Shown piece by piece: positions 48,373-58,766 of a stretch of 64,000 nucleotides of DNA (position 1 is the first letter of the stretch; each line of letters starts with the position of its first letter). The position numbers were made by a program, and so were the translations under genes. The stretch covers positions 64,001 to 128,000 of the forward strand of contig CBDBMJ010000003.1 of NCBI GenBank assembly GCA_965207455.1, given 5' to 3'. This DNA comes from Bdellovibrionota bacterium (GTDB lineage Bacteria > Bdellovibrionota > UBA1018 > CAIPTA01 > JAALKR01). The notes beneath the pieces are model-generated. The model was not told where the DNA came from and searched no databases. It worked only from the letters and a program-made list of their open reading frames with translations.

Positions 48373-49317
48373 CTAATCTAGGGCAAGCTCCTCGGCCATG
48401 GCCTCAATAGTAATAAAAGCTGCTTCTTTGCCTGCTGCCATGATTCCAGCACGTCGCTTGAAATCCATAAAAGAATAATTACTAAGCTCCGGCTTGATGA
48501 GGAATTGAGCTTCTCCTCTTTGGTACTTGGAAATATTTTTTGCTACGAAAAACTGCATGGCTATTTTTTTCCTGTCTTTATCCAGAAAATTCAGTCGAAA
48601 ATCGTCGTTCAATAAATCCACAACAACCACATGGGTGGCACCTTTTTTTTTCGCTAAAGCAATGGGCAAGGGACGAAACAAAGCGCCACTAAAGAGTTCT
48701 TTATTCTCATTGATCTTCCATGGCTCAAATATACCTGGGATGGCAATAGCCACACTCACCGCATCTGCCACCTCTTCATCATCTAAAGTGATAAACCTGC
48801 CGTACTCAGGTTCCATGGCTGGAACAATAAGTTTTATCTTTAAATCACGTTGCTGCTTAAATCCCAAATAGGAACGAAGGAATTTATGTATCTTTTTTCC
48901 ACTGGCTGCTCGGGAAAACAAGGCCGAATCCAAATAGGTATTCTTTTTTAATTTAAACAACTGCCACTGTAAGGCATTAATTTCTCCAGAACTGGCAAAA
49001 AGTCCACCTACCACTGCTCCCATTTCCATACCGACAATACAATGCAAAGGCACGTTTTTTTCCACAAAGGCTTCCAACACGCCCACATGGGCAAAACCCC
49101 TAGCCATGCCCGGACCCAAAACAAGGCAAATGCGAGCCTCCGGATCCCAGGCAATAGCACCAGCCTTGGTGTCTTCTTTTCTTATCTTCTCACGCTCAAT
49201 AACAGGCGCACTAGTGACCTCATCATATAAAGAATACTTCTTCTTGGATCCAGTGGCACAGGCTCCTAGTAGGAGAGAAAGTACACAGCCAGCAATAATC
49301 CTATTTTTTGCTTCCAT
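48373..49317 (-). CDS. Patatin-like lipoprotein lacking the catalytic Ser/Asp
   Basis: Lipobox LGAC; LGPGMARGFAHVGVL; GMEMG in place of GxSxG. Confidence 0.8.
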   Translation of the reverse strand: MEAKNRIIAGCVLSLLLGACATGSKKKYSLYDEVTSAPVIEREKIRKEDTKAGAIAWDPEARICLVLGPGMARGFAHVGVLEAFVEKNVPLHCIVGMEMGAVVGGLFASSGEINALQWQLFKLKKNTYLDSALFSRAASGKKIHKFLRSYLGFKQQRDLKIKLIVPAMEPEYGRFITLDDEEVADAVSVAIAIPGIFEPWKINENKELFSGALFRPLPIALAKKKGATHVVVVDLLNDDFRLNFLDKDRKKIAMQFFVAKNISKYQRGEAQFLIKPELSNYSFMDFKRRAGIMAAGKEAAFITIEAMAEELALD

Positions 49318-50038
49318 AGAGAAAAAACTCCTGATTCCCTTTTTTACCTTTAATTTCTGAGGGCTTTATACCAAGCACTCGAAACGAATAACTCTCCACA
49401 TGCTCCTTAGCGGAACGCAAAACATTCTCAATTAAATCCTCATTCTTTACCACACCACTTTTATTTAAACCCGATGGTCCCACTTCAAACTGAGGTTTTA
49501 CAAGGGCGAGGAGCTTACCTCCTGATGGTAGAAACTTTGTTATGTGTGGAATAATTTTATGGAGCGACACAAAGGAAACATCCACTAAAACAATATCAAT
49601 CACATGAGCAATATTAACTAGAGGAAATTTCTGAATGGAAATGCCTTCCCAAAAATCTACCCGATGATCCATTCGCAGTGTTTTATCCAATTGATCCGTC
49701 CCCACATCCACACAATAAACATGTTGAGCACCTTTTTCTAATACACAACCAGTAAATCCTCCTGTGGAAGCGCCCACATCCAGAACCACCTTGTTACGAA
49801 CAGAAATAGCAAAATCACTAAGTGCTCTATCTAATTTTAAACCACCTCTGGAGATATGGGCACACCATTTTTTAGAAATCTTTACCTTGTGAGCGTGAGA
49901 AACCGTTTGACTCGGCTTCCAGCAGGTACGGTCGTCCACATACACTCCACCCCGGAGAATGAGATCCCGGGCCTGGCTCCTGCTCTTCACCAAACCTTTC
50001 TGAAAAATCCACTGATCTAGGCGAAAATCAGGTGTCAT
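49301..50038 (-). CDS. tlyA: TlyA-family rRNA methyltransferase
   Basis: S4 domain, SRGGLKL, DVGASTGGFT, DVSFVSL, LVKPQFE, GNQEF. Confidence 0.95.
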   Translation of the reverse strand: MTPDFRLDQWIFQKGLVKSRSQARDLILRGGVYVDDRTCWKPSQTVSHAHKVKISKKWCAHISRGGLKLDRALSDFAISVRNKVVLDVGASTGGFTGCVLEKGAQHVYCVDVGTDQLDKTLRMDHRVDFWEGISIQKFPLVNIAHVIDIVLVDVSFVSLHKIIPHITKFLPSGGKLLALVKPQFEVGPSGLNKSGVVKNEDLIENVLRSAKEHVESYSFRVLGIKPSEIKGKKGNQEFFLYGSKK

Positions 50039-50285
50039 CTCTAAACGCTTCAGTGTTAATCATTTCTTTATTCGAGGAAACTAAAAGTTCAATTTTCTGT
50101 TCTGCCTCACTTAGTTTTTCCTGACAACGTTTAGCCAAAACCAAGCCCTTTTCAAATTCCTCCATGGACTTCTCAAGAGGGCTTTCTCCTCTTTCTAAAT
50201 TCCGAACAATTCCCCTAAGCTCCTCTAGTAGAACTTCCAATGTCTCCTGCTTTTTCTTTTTCTCGGTAACTTTTTTCTTTTTCAT
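50028..50285 (-). CDS. xseB: Exodeoxyribonuclease VII small subunit
   Basis: IV..LE.G..PLEKS...FEKG..L...C...L..AEQKI. Confidence 0.93.
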   Translation of the reverse strand: MKKKKVTEKKKKQETLEVLLEELRGIVRNLERGESPLEKSMEEFEKGLVLAKRCQEKLSEAEQKIELLVSSNKEMINTEAFRDDT

Positions 50286-50382
50286 CCTCCCTTCTTATCA
50301 CTTTACTTACCCCTATTTCTAGCCCGTTTTTCCAACTTTTTGCTTATAAAAGCCCTCCTCTGCTATACTTAGGCTAAGATCT

Positions 50383-50889
50383 ATGAAAATACTGACAAAA
50401 AAACCTCTCTATCAGTTCTTTTGTCCCCTATGTGGACAAGAAAAGAAAACGCCCCACCCCAACCATAAGACTTCCCTTCGAAACCATGTCCAAATTTTCC
50501 TTGCCACCTCTTTCTTTACACTCCTCACTTGGGAGTATTTTCACTGGAAGGGCGTGGTTAGCTACTTTCTTTTCTGGAGCCTTACGGATTTTTTTCTTCG
50601 ATTGAAACGACGACAGCTGCTGATTTGTAAGTCCTGTGGTTTTGACCCCTTTTTATACACTTCGAATCCTGAAAAAATGCGTAGCGTCGTAAGGAGGCAT
50701 ATCCAAAAGCGCATTCATGCTGAGAGCCTGTTCCAGGGGGTTGCCCTAAAAAATTATCACACAGCCCCAGAAGAGTCCTCTCCCTCCCCAAAACCACTGG
50801 AACGCAATGCCCAAGGGCTGGAGGAAAATCTTCCATCTATGCCTCCCCCCGACTTGACTCCCATACCTCCCCTAGATACAAATCAGTAA
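50383..50889 (+). CDS. Hypothetical membrane protein with two CxxC motifs
   Basis: CPLC, two TM segments, CKSCGFDP. Confidence 0.7.
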   Translation: MKILTKKPLYQFFCPLCGQEKKTPHPNHKTSLRNHVQIFLATSFFTLLTWEYFHWKGVVSYFLFWSLTDFFLRLKRRQLLICKSCGFDPFLYTSNPEKMRSVVRRHIQKRIHAESLFQGVALKNYHTAPEESSPSPKPLERNAQGLEENLPSMPPPDLTPIPPLDTNQ

Positions 50890-50919
50890 ACATCAATTTA
50901 TATTCCAAAGGAGATTTTC

Positions 50920-51363
50920 ATGTCAGTAAATAAAGTGATTTTAGTAGGACGACTGGGAGCCGACCCAGAAATACGTTATACGCCATCTGGAGCGGCCGTA
51001 ACAAATTTTAACCTAGCCACCAGCGAGAGTTGGAACGACAAAAGCGGGCAAAAACAGGAGCGTACCGAATGGCACCGAATTGTGGTGTGGGCAAAACTAG
51101 CTGAGCTATGCAATCAATACTTATCGAAAGGACGACAATGCTACCTAGAAGGTCGACTCCAAACAAGACAATGGGACGATAAGGACGGCAATAAACGCTA
51201 CACCACAGAAATCGTTGCCAGCACTGTTCAATTTCTAGGATCCAACGCCCAATCCACTACCAATACAGACGAGACAGCGGCGGATACCAGTACTACTAAT
51301 CAACCACCTCCTAGCACTGGAGCAACGGAAACATCCTTTACTGAAGACGATATACCATTTTAA
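50920..51363 (+). CDS. ssb: Single-stranded DNA-binding protein
   Basis: [26 protein letters not shown] tail. Confidence 0.98.
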   Translation: MSVNKVILVGRLGADPEIRYTPSGAAVTNFNLATSESWNDKSGQKQERTEWHRIVVWAKLAELCNQYLSKGRQCYLEGRLQTRQWDDKDGNKRYTTEIVASTVQFLGSNAQSTTNTDETAADTSTTNQPPPSTGATETSFTEDDIPF

Positions 51364-51410
51364 ACACGCCTAACGGTATTTCGATCCACTGCGAAGTTAA
51401 GAGGTGAACC

Positions 51411-52154
51411 ATGAGATTTCTCGTTGTCATTCCGACCTATAATGAAATAGAAAATCTCCAAGATATCACCTCCTTAATCTTGCAACATGCGGACGAAACC
51501 GCAAAACTAGCTGGTATCCAAGAGTTTCATATTCTCATCGTGGACGATAACTCTCCCGACGGCACCGGCGCTCTTGCAGCGGAGCTATCCAAAAAAGATC
51601 CACGTATCTTTGTGATACACAGACAGCAAAAAGAGGGACTGGGCAGGGCCTGTATTAGTGGCTTTTGTTGGGGCATAGAAAGAAAGTATGATGCCCTTTG
51701 TGAAATGGACGCAGATTTTTCCCACCACCCCAAACACCTCAAGGACTTTTTTCCTCTCCTAAAAAACCACAGCGTGGTTATTGGTTCTCGCTACACTCCC
51801 TCTGGAAATACAAAAAACTGGAGCATCTTTCAAAGAGCTATCAGCAGGGGAGGAAACCTATACGCCCAGACCATGCTGGGACTCCACATTCAGGATCTAA
51901 CAGGAGGCTATAACGTTTGGAAACGTGAAGTCTTGGAAGCCATCGGCCTCTCTTCTATTGAAAGCCAGGGCTATCTCTTTCAAATTGAAATGAAATATCG
52001 GGCATGGATAAAAGGGTTTTCCATGGTGGAAACCCCCATCGTTTTTGAAGAACAAAACCAAGGCCCCTCAAAAATATCCAAAAAAATTCTTTTAGAAGCG
52101 GTTTTCCGTATACCTGTTTTACGAACAAATAAAAACTCCCATGTCTCTCATTAA
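51411..52154 (+). CDS. Polyprenol-monophosphomannose synthase-like GT2
   Basis: IPTYNE, VDDNSPDGT, EMDADFSH, GSRY, DLTGG. Confidence 0.9.
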   Translation: MRFLVVIPTYNEIENLQDITSLILQHADETAKLAGIQEFHILIVDDNSPDGTGALAAELSKKDPRIFVIHRQQKEGLGRACISGFCWGIERKYDALCEMDADFSHHPKHLKDFFPLLKNHSVVIGSRYTPSGNTKNWSIFQRAISRGGNLYAQTMLGLHIQDLTGGYNVWKREVLEAIGLSSIESQGYLFQIEMKYRAWIKGFSMVETPIVFEEQNQGPSKISKKILLEAVFRIPVLRTNKNSHVSH

Positions 52155-52293
52155 AAAACGCCTCCCTTACCTACTCATTGGCCTTCTCATCGGCACGGCC
52201 CTATCCGTCCTGCTCATACAAGCCAAACGGCAGCGATTGCTAAACCAAACTACTCCAGCACCAACCCAATCAGGTGAAAAAAAACAAGATTGA
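52141..52293 (+). CDS. Small single-pass membrane protein (50 aa)
   Basis: Below ORF-track cutoff; MSLIKKRLPYLLIGLLIGTALSVLLIQAKRQR...; fills the gap between two GT2 genes. Confidence 0.55.
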   Translation: MSLIKKRLPYLLIGLLIGTALSVLLIQAKRQRLLNQTTPAPTQSGEKKQD

Positions 52294-52316
52294 GGTTATA
52301 CTGAAGGGGTAGGAAC

Positions 52317-53069
52317 ATGAAATCTCGCCCCAATATTACTGCCACAATTATTACCTTAAATGAGGAAGAGAGCTTACTGCGCACTTTGGAAAGTCTTGCT
52401 TGGGTGGAAGAAATTGTGGTGGTGGACTGTGGTTCCGTGGATAAAACTCAACAGATTGCCCAAGCAGCAGGAGCAAAAGTAATAGAAAACAAATGGCAGG
52501 GCTATGGACAGCAAAAGAATTTTGCCATGGAACAGGCCACCCATGATTGGGTACTCAATCTGGATGCAGATGAAGTAATAAGCCCGGAGCTAAAAAAAGA
52601 AATAGAGCTTTTTTTACAATCCCCGGAGTTAACAAATTATCGAGGAGCAAAGATGCCAAGACGGGCATGGTATTTGGGACGATGGATTCGCCATGGGGGA
52701 TGGTATCCAAATTACACCACACGCTTAAGCCATAAAAAATACAGCCGCTGGACGGAGCCTCCCATCCATGAATCCCTTGGGGTGGACGGCAAGGTATATT
52801 CCTTTTCCCGTGATCTACTCCACTATCCTTTCTCCACCATGGGAGAACAGATAAACGCAAATGTGCGCTACGCTCAATTAGGTGCTGCCACAGCAAAAGC
52901 CCAAGGAGAGAAATCCTCCCTTATGAAGATACTCTCAAGACCCACCGTAAAATTTTTAGAAACCTATATTTGGAAACGGGGATTTTTAGACGGCTTCCCG
53001 GGTTTTGTGATTGCCGTAAATAGTTCCCATTCCATGTTTATGAAGTATGTGGAGATCTACCTTGCCTAA
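52317..53069 (+). CDS. GT2 glycosyltransferase (KdtX/WaaE-like)
   Basis: IITLNEE, W.GYG.QKN, LDADE, GGWYP, GFLDG..G. Confidence 0.9.
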   Translation: MKSRPNITATIITLNEEESLLRTLESLAWVEEIVVVDCGSVDKTQQIAQAAGAKVIENKWQGYGQQKNFAMEQATHDWVLNLDADEVISPELKKEIELFLQSPELTNYRGAKMPRRAWYLGRWIRHGGWYPNYTTRLSHKKYSRWTEPPIHESLGVDGKVYSFSRDLLHYPFSTMGEQINANVRYAQLGAATAKAQGEKSSLMKILSRPTVKFLETYIWKRGFLDGFPGFVIAVNSSHSMFMKYVEIYLA

Positions 53070-53763
53070 TATTCTAATTATCGACAACAATATAATGCAG
53101 CCCCATGGGTGCTTAGACATTACCCGTACCCTACTGGAAAACACAAAAGATGGACTGGATACCACCGTTTGTCGAGGACCAGAGCAACAAATTCCTTTCT
53201 CTTCCAAAGGTTTTGACGGGGTTATTATCTCCGGATCCAAAACCACAATCCTAGACAATGCACCTTGGGTGGGGCAACTCATGGACTTCATTCGTAAACT
53301 ACACCAAGAAAAAATTCCTGCTCTGGGTATCTGTTACGGATCTCAGATTATTATAAAATCCCTGTTTGGAGATAACCATGTTCGCAGGGCTCGTACCCCT
53401 GAGGTGGGCTTAGTAAAAATTAAACTTACCGATGGGGGAAAAAAATCTCCTATTTTTGAGAATCTGCCTCACGAGTTTTATTCCTTTTGTTATCACTTCG
53501 ACGAAATAGCTAAACTACCACAGGAATACGCCATCACAGCCCTATCCCAAAACTGCGCCATCCAAGGCTATGACGTTCCCAACACTCCAATATGGGGCAT
53601 ACAGTTCCATCCGGAAAAGAACCCGAAAGAATGTGCCGCAAATGTGAGGAGTATAAAGGAAGAGATTTCGGGAATATCTATTTTTAATGAAGATGATCTG
53701 GAGAAAATGTTTGACCGCACGGTAGGAGATAAAATCTTTACGAACTTCTTAAAGCAAGTCTAA
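53047..53763 (+). CDS. Class I glutamine amidotransferase
   Basis: GVIISGS, LGICYG.Q, GIQFHPE. Confidence 0.9.
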   Translation: MWRSTLPNILIIDNNIMQPHGCLDITRTLLENTKDGLDTTVCRGPEQQIPFSSKGFDGVIISGSKTTILDNAPWVGQLMDFIRKLHQEKIPALGICYGSQIIIKSLFGDNHVRRARTPEVGLVKIKLTDGGKKSPIFENLPHEFYSFCYHFDEIAKLPQEYAITALSQNCAIQGYDVPNTPIWGIQFHPEKNPKECAANVRSIKEEISGISIFNEDDLEKMFDRTVGDKIFTNFLKQV

Positions 53764-53875
53764 GCCAAGCTTTGGGCATACACTCCCATATTCGGACACC
53801 GGAGCTGGGAGAGTCGCTCCAGAAAGAGATTTTCCGTTACGCTACTAAGGCCTAAATCTTGCATTTTTTCTCTTA

Positions 53876-55189
53876 ATGGGAAAACAGTACTATATCTCCG
53901 CTGCTATCAAAATCCTCAGTAAACATGCTTTTGGTTTTCCAGAAATAAAAAAAGGACAGGAAGAAATTATCCGAGCCCTAGCTCTGGGTCGATCTGTTTT
54001 TGCTATCTTCCCAACAGGCTACGGTAAAACCTTATGCTACCAAATCCCTGTACTCCTATGGAACTGGAAAATATTTATCGTCTCCCCTCTTATTTCCTTG
54101 CTCCTCGATCAACGAGAGAGAATGGAAAAAGCAGGCATACCCACTCTTTGCTTCCACAGCGGGCTTTCCAAGGAGGAAAGAAAAGAAATGAACAAAAAAC
54201 TCTGGGCGGGTAAGTGGAACATTGTACTCCTGTCGCCTGAGCGCCTCTACCTCTGGGAGCAAAAAAAAATATGGTCCAGTCTCCAAAAAAGATTCACTAT
54301 CCAATGTATTGTATTGGACGAAGTTCACTGCTTTATAGAGTGGAAGAATTTCCGTCCCGCTTATGCAAAACTCAGCACATTGCTGGAAAACACTGGACAA
54401 ACACGGGTGCTAGGCCTTAGTGCTACCCTTAGCAATCAAAGTGCAAAAGAGCTTTGCCTCCAATGGAAAAAAAATATCTCCATCGCCAGGCTCCCCATCG
54501 GCAAAGAAAACATACAAATCCAAGTGCTCCCCATGAAAGACGAAGCCCAACGATGGCTCACCCTATGCGCTTCCCTAAAAAATATCCAAGCCCCCAATAT
54601 AACCATCGTGTACTGTACCACTCGCAGGGATTGTGAAGAGATTGCCTGCTTTTTACTCGCTGCTGGCTGGAGTGCTATTGCCTACCACGCCGGCGTGCCT
54701 CCCATAGAAAGAACTCGACGACAAAATGCTTTTATGCGAGGAAACATTTCCGTTATCTGTGCAACCACTGCCTTTGGCCTCGGCGTAGACTACCCATGGG
54801 TAGAGCGCATTATCCACTGGAAAGCTCCCCCAGACTTGGAGACCTACTGGCAGGAAGTGGGCAGGGCAGGAAGGGCCGGTCAACCAGCCCAAGCCATCGT
54901 CCTGTGGAACTGGAGCAACCTGATGGAATCTCGTGCCTTTTGGCAAGGCGCTCCCAAGGAACGAAAGAAGAAAAAAGAAAAGGGACGCCTCCTCTGGGAA
55001 TACCTCTTCTCCACCACCTGTAGAAAAAAATATATTGCCCAATACTTCGGCCTCTCCTCCTCCAACTGCCAAAAATGCGACACCTGCCTGCATCCACTAA
55101 ACCCTAAAGACCCGTGGTGGCGCATCACCGGCAAGCAACATATGCGAGATTTCTTTTCAGAAGAAAAAAAGGATACAGTATTACTGTGA
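53876..55189 (+). CDS. recQ: RecQ-family helicase (short, ends after Zn domain)
   Basis: PTGYGKTLCYQ, SPLISL, DEVHC, QEVGRAGR, CR...C..CD.C. Confidence 0.9.
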   Translation: MGKQYYISAAIKILSKHAFGFPEIKKGQEEIIRALALGRSVFAIFPTGYGKTLCYQIPVLLWNWKIFIVSPLISLLLDQRERMEKAGIPTLCFHSGLSKEERKEMNKKLWAGKWNIVLLSPERLYLWEQKKIWSSLQKRFTIQCIVLDEVHCFIEWKNFRPAYAKLSTLLENTGQTRVLGLSATLSNQSAKELCLQWKKNISIARLPIGKENIQIQVLPMKDEAQRWLTLCASLKNIQAPNITIVYCTTRRDCEEIACFLLAAGWSAIAYHAGVPPIERTRRQNAFMRGNISVICATTAFGLGVDYPWVERIIHWKAPPDLETYWQEVGRAGRAGQPAQAIVLWNWSNLMESRAFWQGAPKERKKKKEKGRLLWEYLFSTTCRKKYIAQYFGLSSSNCQKCDTCLHPLNPKDPWWRITGKQHMRDFFSEEKKDTVLL

Positions 55190-55233
55190 ACTTTTCACTC
55201 AAGGCGTGTACAATAACAAAAGCCTGCCAAAAG

Positions 55234-55322
55234 GCCGGGGTGGTGAAATTGGTAGACACACAGGACTTAAAATCCTGGGGGTGTTAAAACCCGTGCCGGT
55301 TCAAGTCCGGCTCCCGGCACCA
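55234..55322 (+). tRNA. tRNA-Leu(TAA)
   Basis: GCCGGGG acceptor, CAGGA-CTTAAAA-TCCTG anticodon arm, long variable arm, GGTTCAAGTCC, CCA end. Confidence 0.95.
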
Positions 55323-55326
55323 CAAT

Positions 55327-56528
55327 TTAACTATTCCTTTCCTGGTGCTGAGTAAAGACATAAACCCAGGCAGCAAAGGACTTTGACTGCAATCTATATT
55401 CTCCTCTTTTATCCTTACTTGGCAGAATAATATTTTTCTTTTTCATAGAGTTAAGAGCATTACCCACCGTATGCTCAGGAATTCCAGAATTTTTTATTAT
55501 ATCACTACGAGAGATCCAGTTATCTGAAAACTCTGACATATACTTTAAAACTTTCCGATAATCGATCGATTCTATTTCTTCAAAATAAATTCTATTAAAC
55601 AGGCTTTCTCCCAACTGCTTCAAAGCTCCTTTTTTTTCATCAAAAATACCTACATCAATATCATTCCTATCAATATTATTATCTTCATCTGCCTCAAAAC
55701 AACTGTAAGCAAATTGCTGTAAAAAATAGGGATACCCCTGAGATAAATAAGCTATTTCTTGACTTGCTTCTCTTGTAATATCCGTTCTCACATCATTCTT
55801 TTGATTGGCTTCCTTTAGTCCCTTACTTATAACCTTATTCTATCTGCATCTTCTAAAGTTTTTAAATTCAATACATTGAATAACCTTAAAGAAGATTCAT
55901 GACTATCTCTCAATTTTCCCATAATCGCATCTAAACCAAAAAGACCAATACACACTTTATTACAATTTATTTTTGTTAACCTTTCAGTTAATAATTTTAA
56001 AAACGATCCTAAATTGGAATCCTGTCGTGGACGATCAGCCTCATCCATAAGAATTAAAATCCCCTCAACTTTCCCAGAGTCTATAATACCTTTCAGTAAA
56101 TTTGCAATGTCGGCTACAGCACTATAGAGTTCAACCTCCTCTTTTTTTAATCGGAATATATCGCTCTCTATTTGGCTTGCAATTTTCAGAACTGTATTGA
56201 AAAGACCTTTAATTTTATCAACCTGTTTCAATTGTATTTTCACTTCAGCTATCATTTTACTTATAATGTCTAAAAAATTAAAATGGCTCTCTAACTCAAA
56301 ACTAACTACCAGAAAATTATGACTACCGTTGGAGGGGCTAGCTAAATTTTCTGCATAGGAAAGCAGGGAGCTCTTTCCAATCCCTCGTTCCCCCTGAATA
56401 ATAAAATTTTGAGGATTGCCGTTTTTGGTTTGAATCAAAGCTCTCTCTATAGCTCTAATCTCAACCTCCCTTCCGCAAAACATATCTGCGTGAATAATAT
56501 GACCTGGCTTATAGGGGTTGTATTTTAT
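55327..56528 (-). pseudogene. AAA/STAND-like ATPase with C-terminal wHTH, split by a 1-nt frameshift
   Basis: NPYKPG..FCGRE, GERGIGKSS, ILMDEAD, GYPYFLQ; frames join near 55835. Confidence 0.8.
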
Positions 56529-56562
56529 AGATTCTATCGATTTTACTGTACTATAGAAAAGA

Positions 56563-56600
56563 CTACTTTTCGCTACTTTTCGCTACTTTTCACTACTTTT
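56563..56600. repeat. 10-bp tandem repeat x~4
   Basis: CTACTTTTCG units. Confidence 0.85.
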
Positions 56601-56610
56601 TTAGGCCGAC

Positions 56611-56632
56611 GCTGGCTCTAGCCTTTCTCCCT
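56611..56632. repeat. 22-bp exact copy of 58041-58062
   Basis: GCTGGCTCTAGCCTTTCTCCCT at both sites. Confidence 0.9.
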
Positions 56633-56786
56633 CTAACTTGCTCGAAATTGTTAGTTTATTTTTTTTCGAGCAATTTTCAGGTGCTCTCCTAATAAGAAAA
56701 ATTGTAAACAATCGCGAGTGTCCCAATGCCAATCGACACTACGAAAAACGAACGTAAAACGAATAGCGCACAAGATTGAATTTTTT

Positions 56787-57449
56787 TCATTTCTTACTCC
56801 CCCTTTCGTTAACTAGAAATTTGCCTTGAACTAGCTTAAACATATAGCAATATTTAAATACACCTCTCTCATTTGCTATTTTTACAATAAGGTAAGGCTT
56901 TTCTGAACCTGCTATTGCTCCCTTTCTAAACAAATATTCGCTATCAGCAGGACTGTAATGCTTACCTCCATACTGATTGTCCGAATGATAAATTTGCTTA
57001 AGACTTCCATCAGACTGCACTGACAGATTCAGAGAACTACTAAAAGCCCTATCTGTGTGCCTTCTAATTTTTCTTATCCTTCTTGGAGATATGTGATCAA
57101 AATAGGTTGGACCCTTCCCAGGATTAGTCCATATACTAAATTTATACCCAGTAACTAATGTGGGACTAAATCTGTATCGACGTCCCGTTGCAATCAGTAA
57201 TCCGTTTCCAGCAGTAAACTCTGAATAGAAGCATCGCCCACTCATCCAAGCAGTAATTTCACTAGCAAATACTGTTCCCGCATTCTCAAAAGCCTCTTCC
57301 AGTTTTTCGTAGCTAGCATCAGCAATTAATGGAAGTTCACCTAACCCTCCAGAATCTGACGACTGCCCATACGCTGGCATAGTATATCCTGTTAATCCCA
57401 TGGTAAGTACCATCGCTACTACGGTTATTCTATTTTTTTGTTTCTTCAT
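56787..57449 (-). CDS. Hypothetical secreted protein
   Basis: Signal peptide from MKKQKN (57449). Confidence 0.75.
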   Translation of the reverse strand: MKKQKNRITVVAMVLTMGLTGYTMPAYGQSSDSGGLGELPLIADASYEKLEEAFENAGTVFASEITAWMSGRCFYSEFTAGNGLLIATGRRYRFSPTLVTGYKFSIWTNPGKGPTYFDHISPRRIRKIRRHTDRAFSSSLNLSVQSDGSLKQIYHSDNQYGGKHYSPADSEYLFRKGAIAGSEKPYLIVKIANERGVFKYCYMFKLVQGKFLVNERGSKK

Positions 57450-57496
57450 TTTGTTTGCTCTCTTTTTCATTAATGATGCATTGTATTGACCCATAG

Positions 57497-57749
57497 TTAG
57501 CTCGTGATAGTGGTAGATTTATTTCCGACTTCGCTTAAAATAGGCTTAGAAATGTCCTCTTCATTCTTGAGACACACATCCATAATGCGACGAGCCTTAA
57601 TGAATCTACCGTAAAGGAGAGGCTTGTCACCATATACAAAAAATAGTTTCATATTATCTTCCATGGAGAGAGTACCCAAAAAATGATTGGGCGCCTCGTC
57701 GTCCCCTGAGTATCCGTAAGCTTCGTATGTATCGTTGCTTTGATTTCAT
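57497..57749 (-). pseudogene. Probable small gene with +1 frameshift right after the start codon
   Basis: AGGGG RBS then ATGAAATCAA; removing one A opens an 83-aa frame ending at 57497. Confidence 0.4.
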
Positions 57750-57981
57750 TGTATTTAACCCCTGTTTTTAAGTTAATGCAACATACCAAAAAAAATTAAG
57801 TTAATCAAGTACCGTTTTTGTTTTTTCTCAAAAATCGTTAAACGCTTGTATTTTAAACAGGTTACAGCTTGGTGGTATGGTAACTCAGTCGCAAGTAAAT
57901 GAGTGCTCCTAAGACCTGTCAAGGGGTGCACTGGGAGAGCATACTTGACCCCTTCTGGATATCCCCATACACTCAAAACAG

Positions 57982-58626
57982 ATGAAGCTTTTTGCCGCAC
58001 CATACAAAGCATTCCAACTTCTTATAAAAAGTCCAAGCTTGCTGGCTCTAGCCTTTCTCCCTGGTGCTGTCGCCCTGCTGCTCACAGTCCTTTCCTTGCT
58101 CTTTGCTTGGCAGCAGTGGTTAGGTCCCATGGATAACCTTTGGCTTTCCATACCTATCATTCTTGTTCTTTCTCCTATTTTCTGGATTGCTTTCGGCAAC
58201 CTCGCTATTATCCCCATTGAAGACACTATTATCGACAAAGTACAGCTTGCTGTTTGGAATGAAGTGCGTATTCCGTCGACGGAATTTCATATGAAGCGAA
58301 TGTTGACAGAGTCTGTGTATTCCCTGTCTCTTACTCTCTTTTTTCTATTCCTTCTCCTTATTAGCTTCATACCCGGTCTTGTAATTCTCTCCTACCTTGC
58401 TGCCTCCTGGGCGATTGCTTGGAGTTTTCTAGCCGCCTATTACGCCAGAAAAAGCTTCACTCTACGGCAGAAACTAAAAACTTTTTTTTCCAGTCCCTTC
58501 ACTCATTTTCTTTTAGGTGCATTTTTAAATCTTTTGCTGTTTATCCCGATTGTAAATGTGTGGTTGCTAGGCTACGCCCTGATCCTTAGCACATTGGTAG
58601 CGATGGAGCAGGAAACCAGTTCATAG
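57982..58626 (+). CDS. EI24/CysZ-like membrane protein
   Basis: Multi-TM, P..D.I..KV, FIPG, FIPIVN. Confidence 0.7.
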   Translation: MKLFAAPYKAFQLLIKSPSLLALAFLPGAVALLLTVLSLLFAWQQWLGPMDNLWLSIPIILVLSPIFWIAFGNLAIIPIEDTIIDKVQLAVWNEVRIPSTEFHMKRMLTESVYSLSLTLFFLFLLLISFIPGLVILSYLAASWAIAWSFLAAYYARKSFTLRQKLKTFFSSPFTHFLLGAFLNLLLFIPIVNVWLLGYALILSTLVAMEQETSS

Positions 58627-58766
58627 AGGAAAATTGCGACACGGATCAAGATTGTGCCGACAATCTACCAAATATAAGCAAAATAAATCTCATATCAGCG
58701 ATTCCCCTCTTGACTCTTAAGCCACAGATACATAATTTGTAGTTTCATAGAAAGCAGAAATGATAA

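Noticed and set aside
53848..53863. Sigma54 promoter upstream of recQ
   Set aside because: GG-N10-GC spacing present but the -24 element is degenerate and it sits too close to the predicted start
55323..58766. Prophage or integrative element at tRNA-Leu
   Set aside because: No integrase, phage genes or duplicated tRNA-Leu 3' end seen
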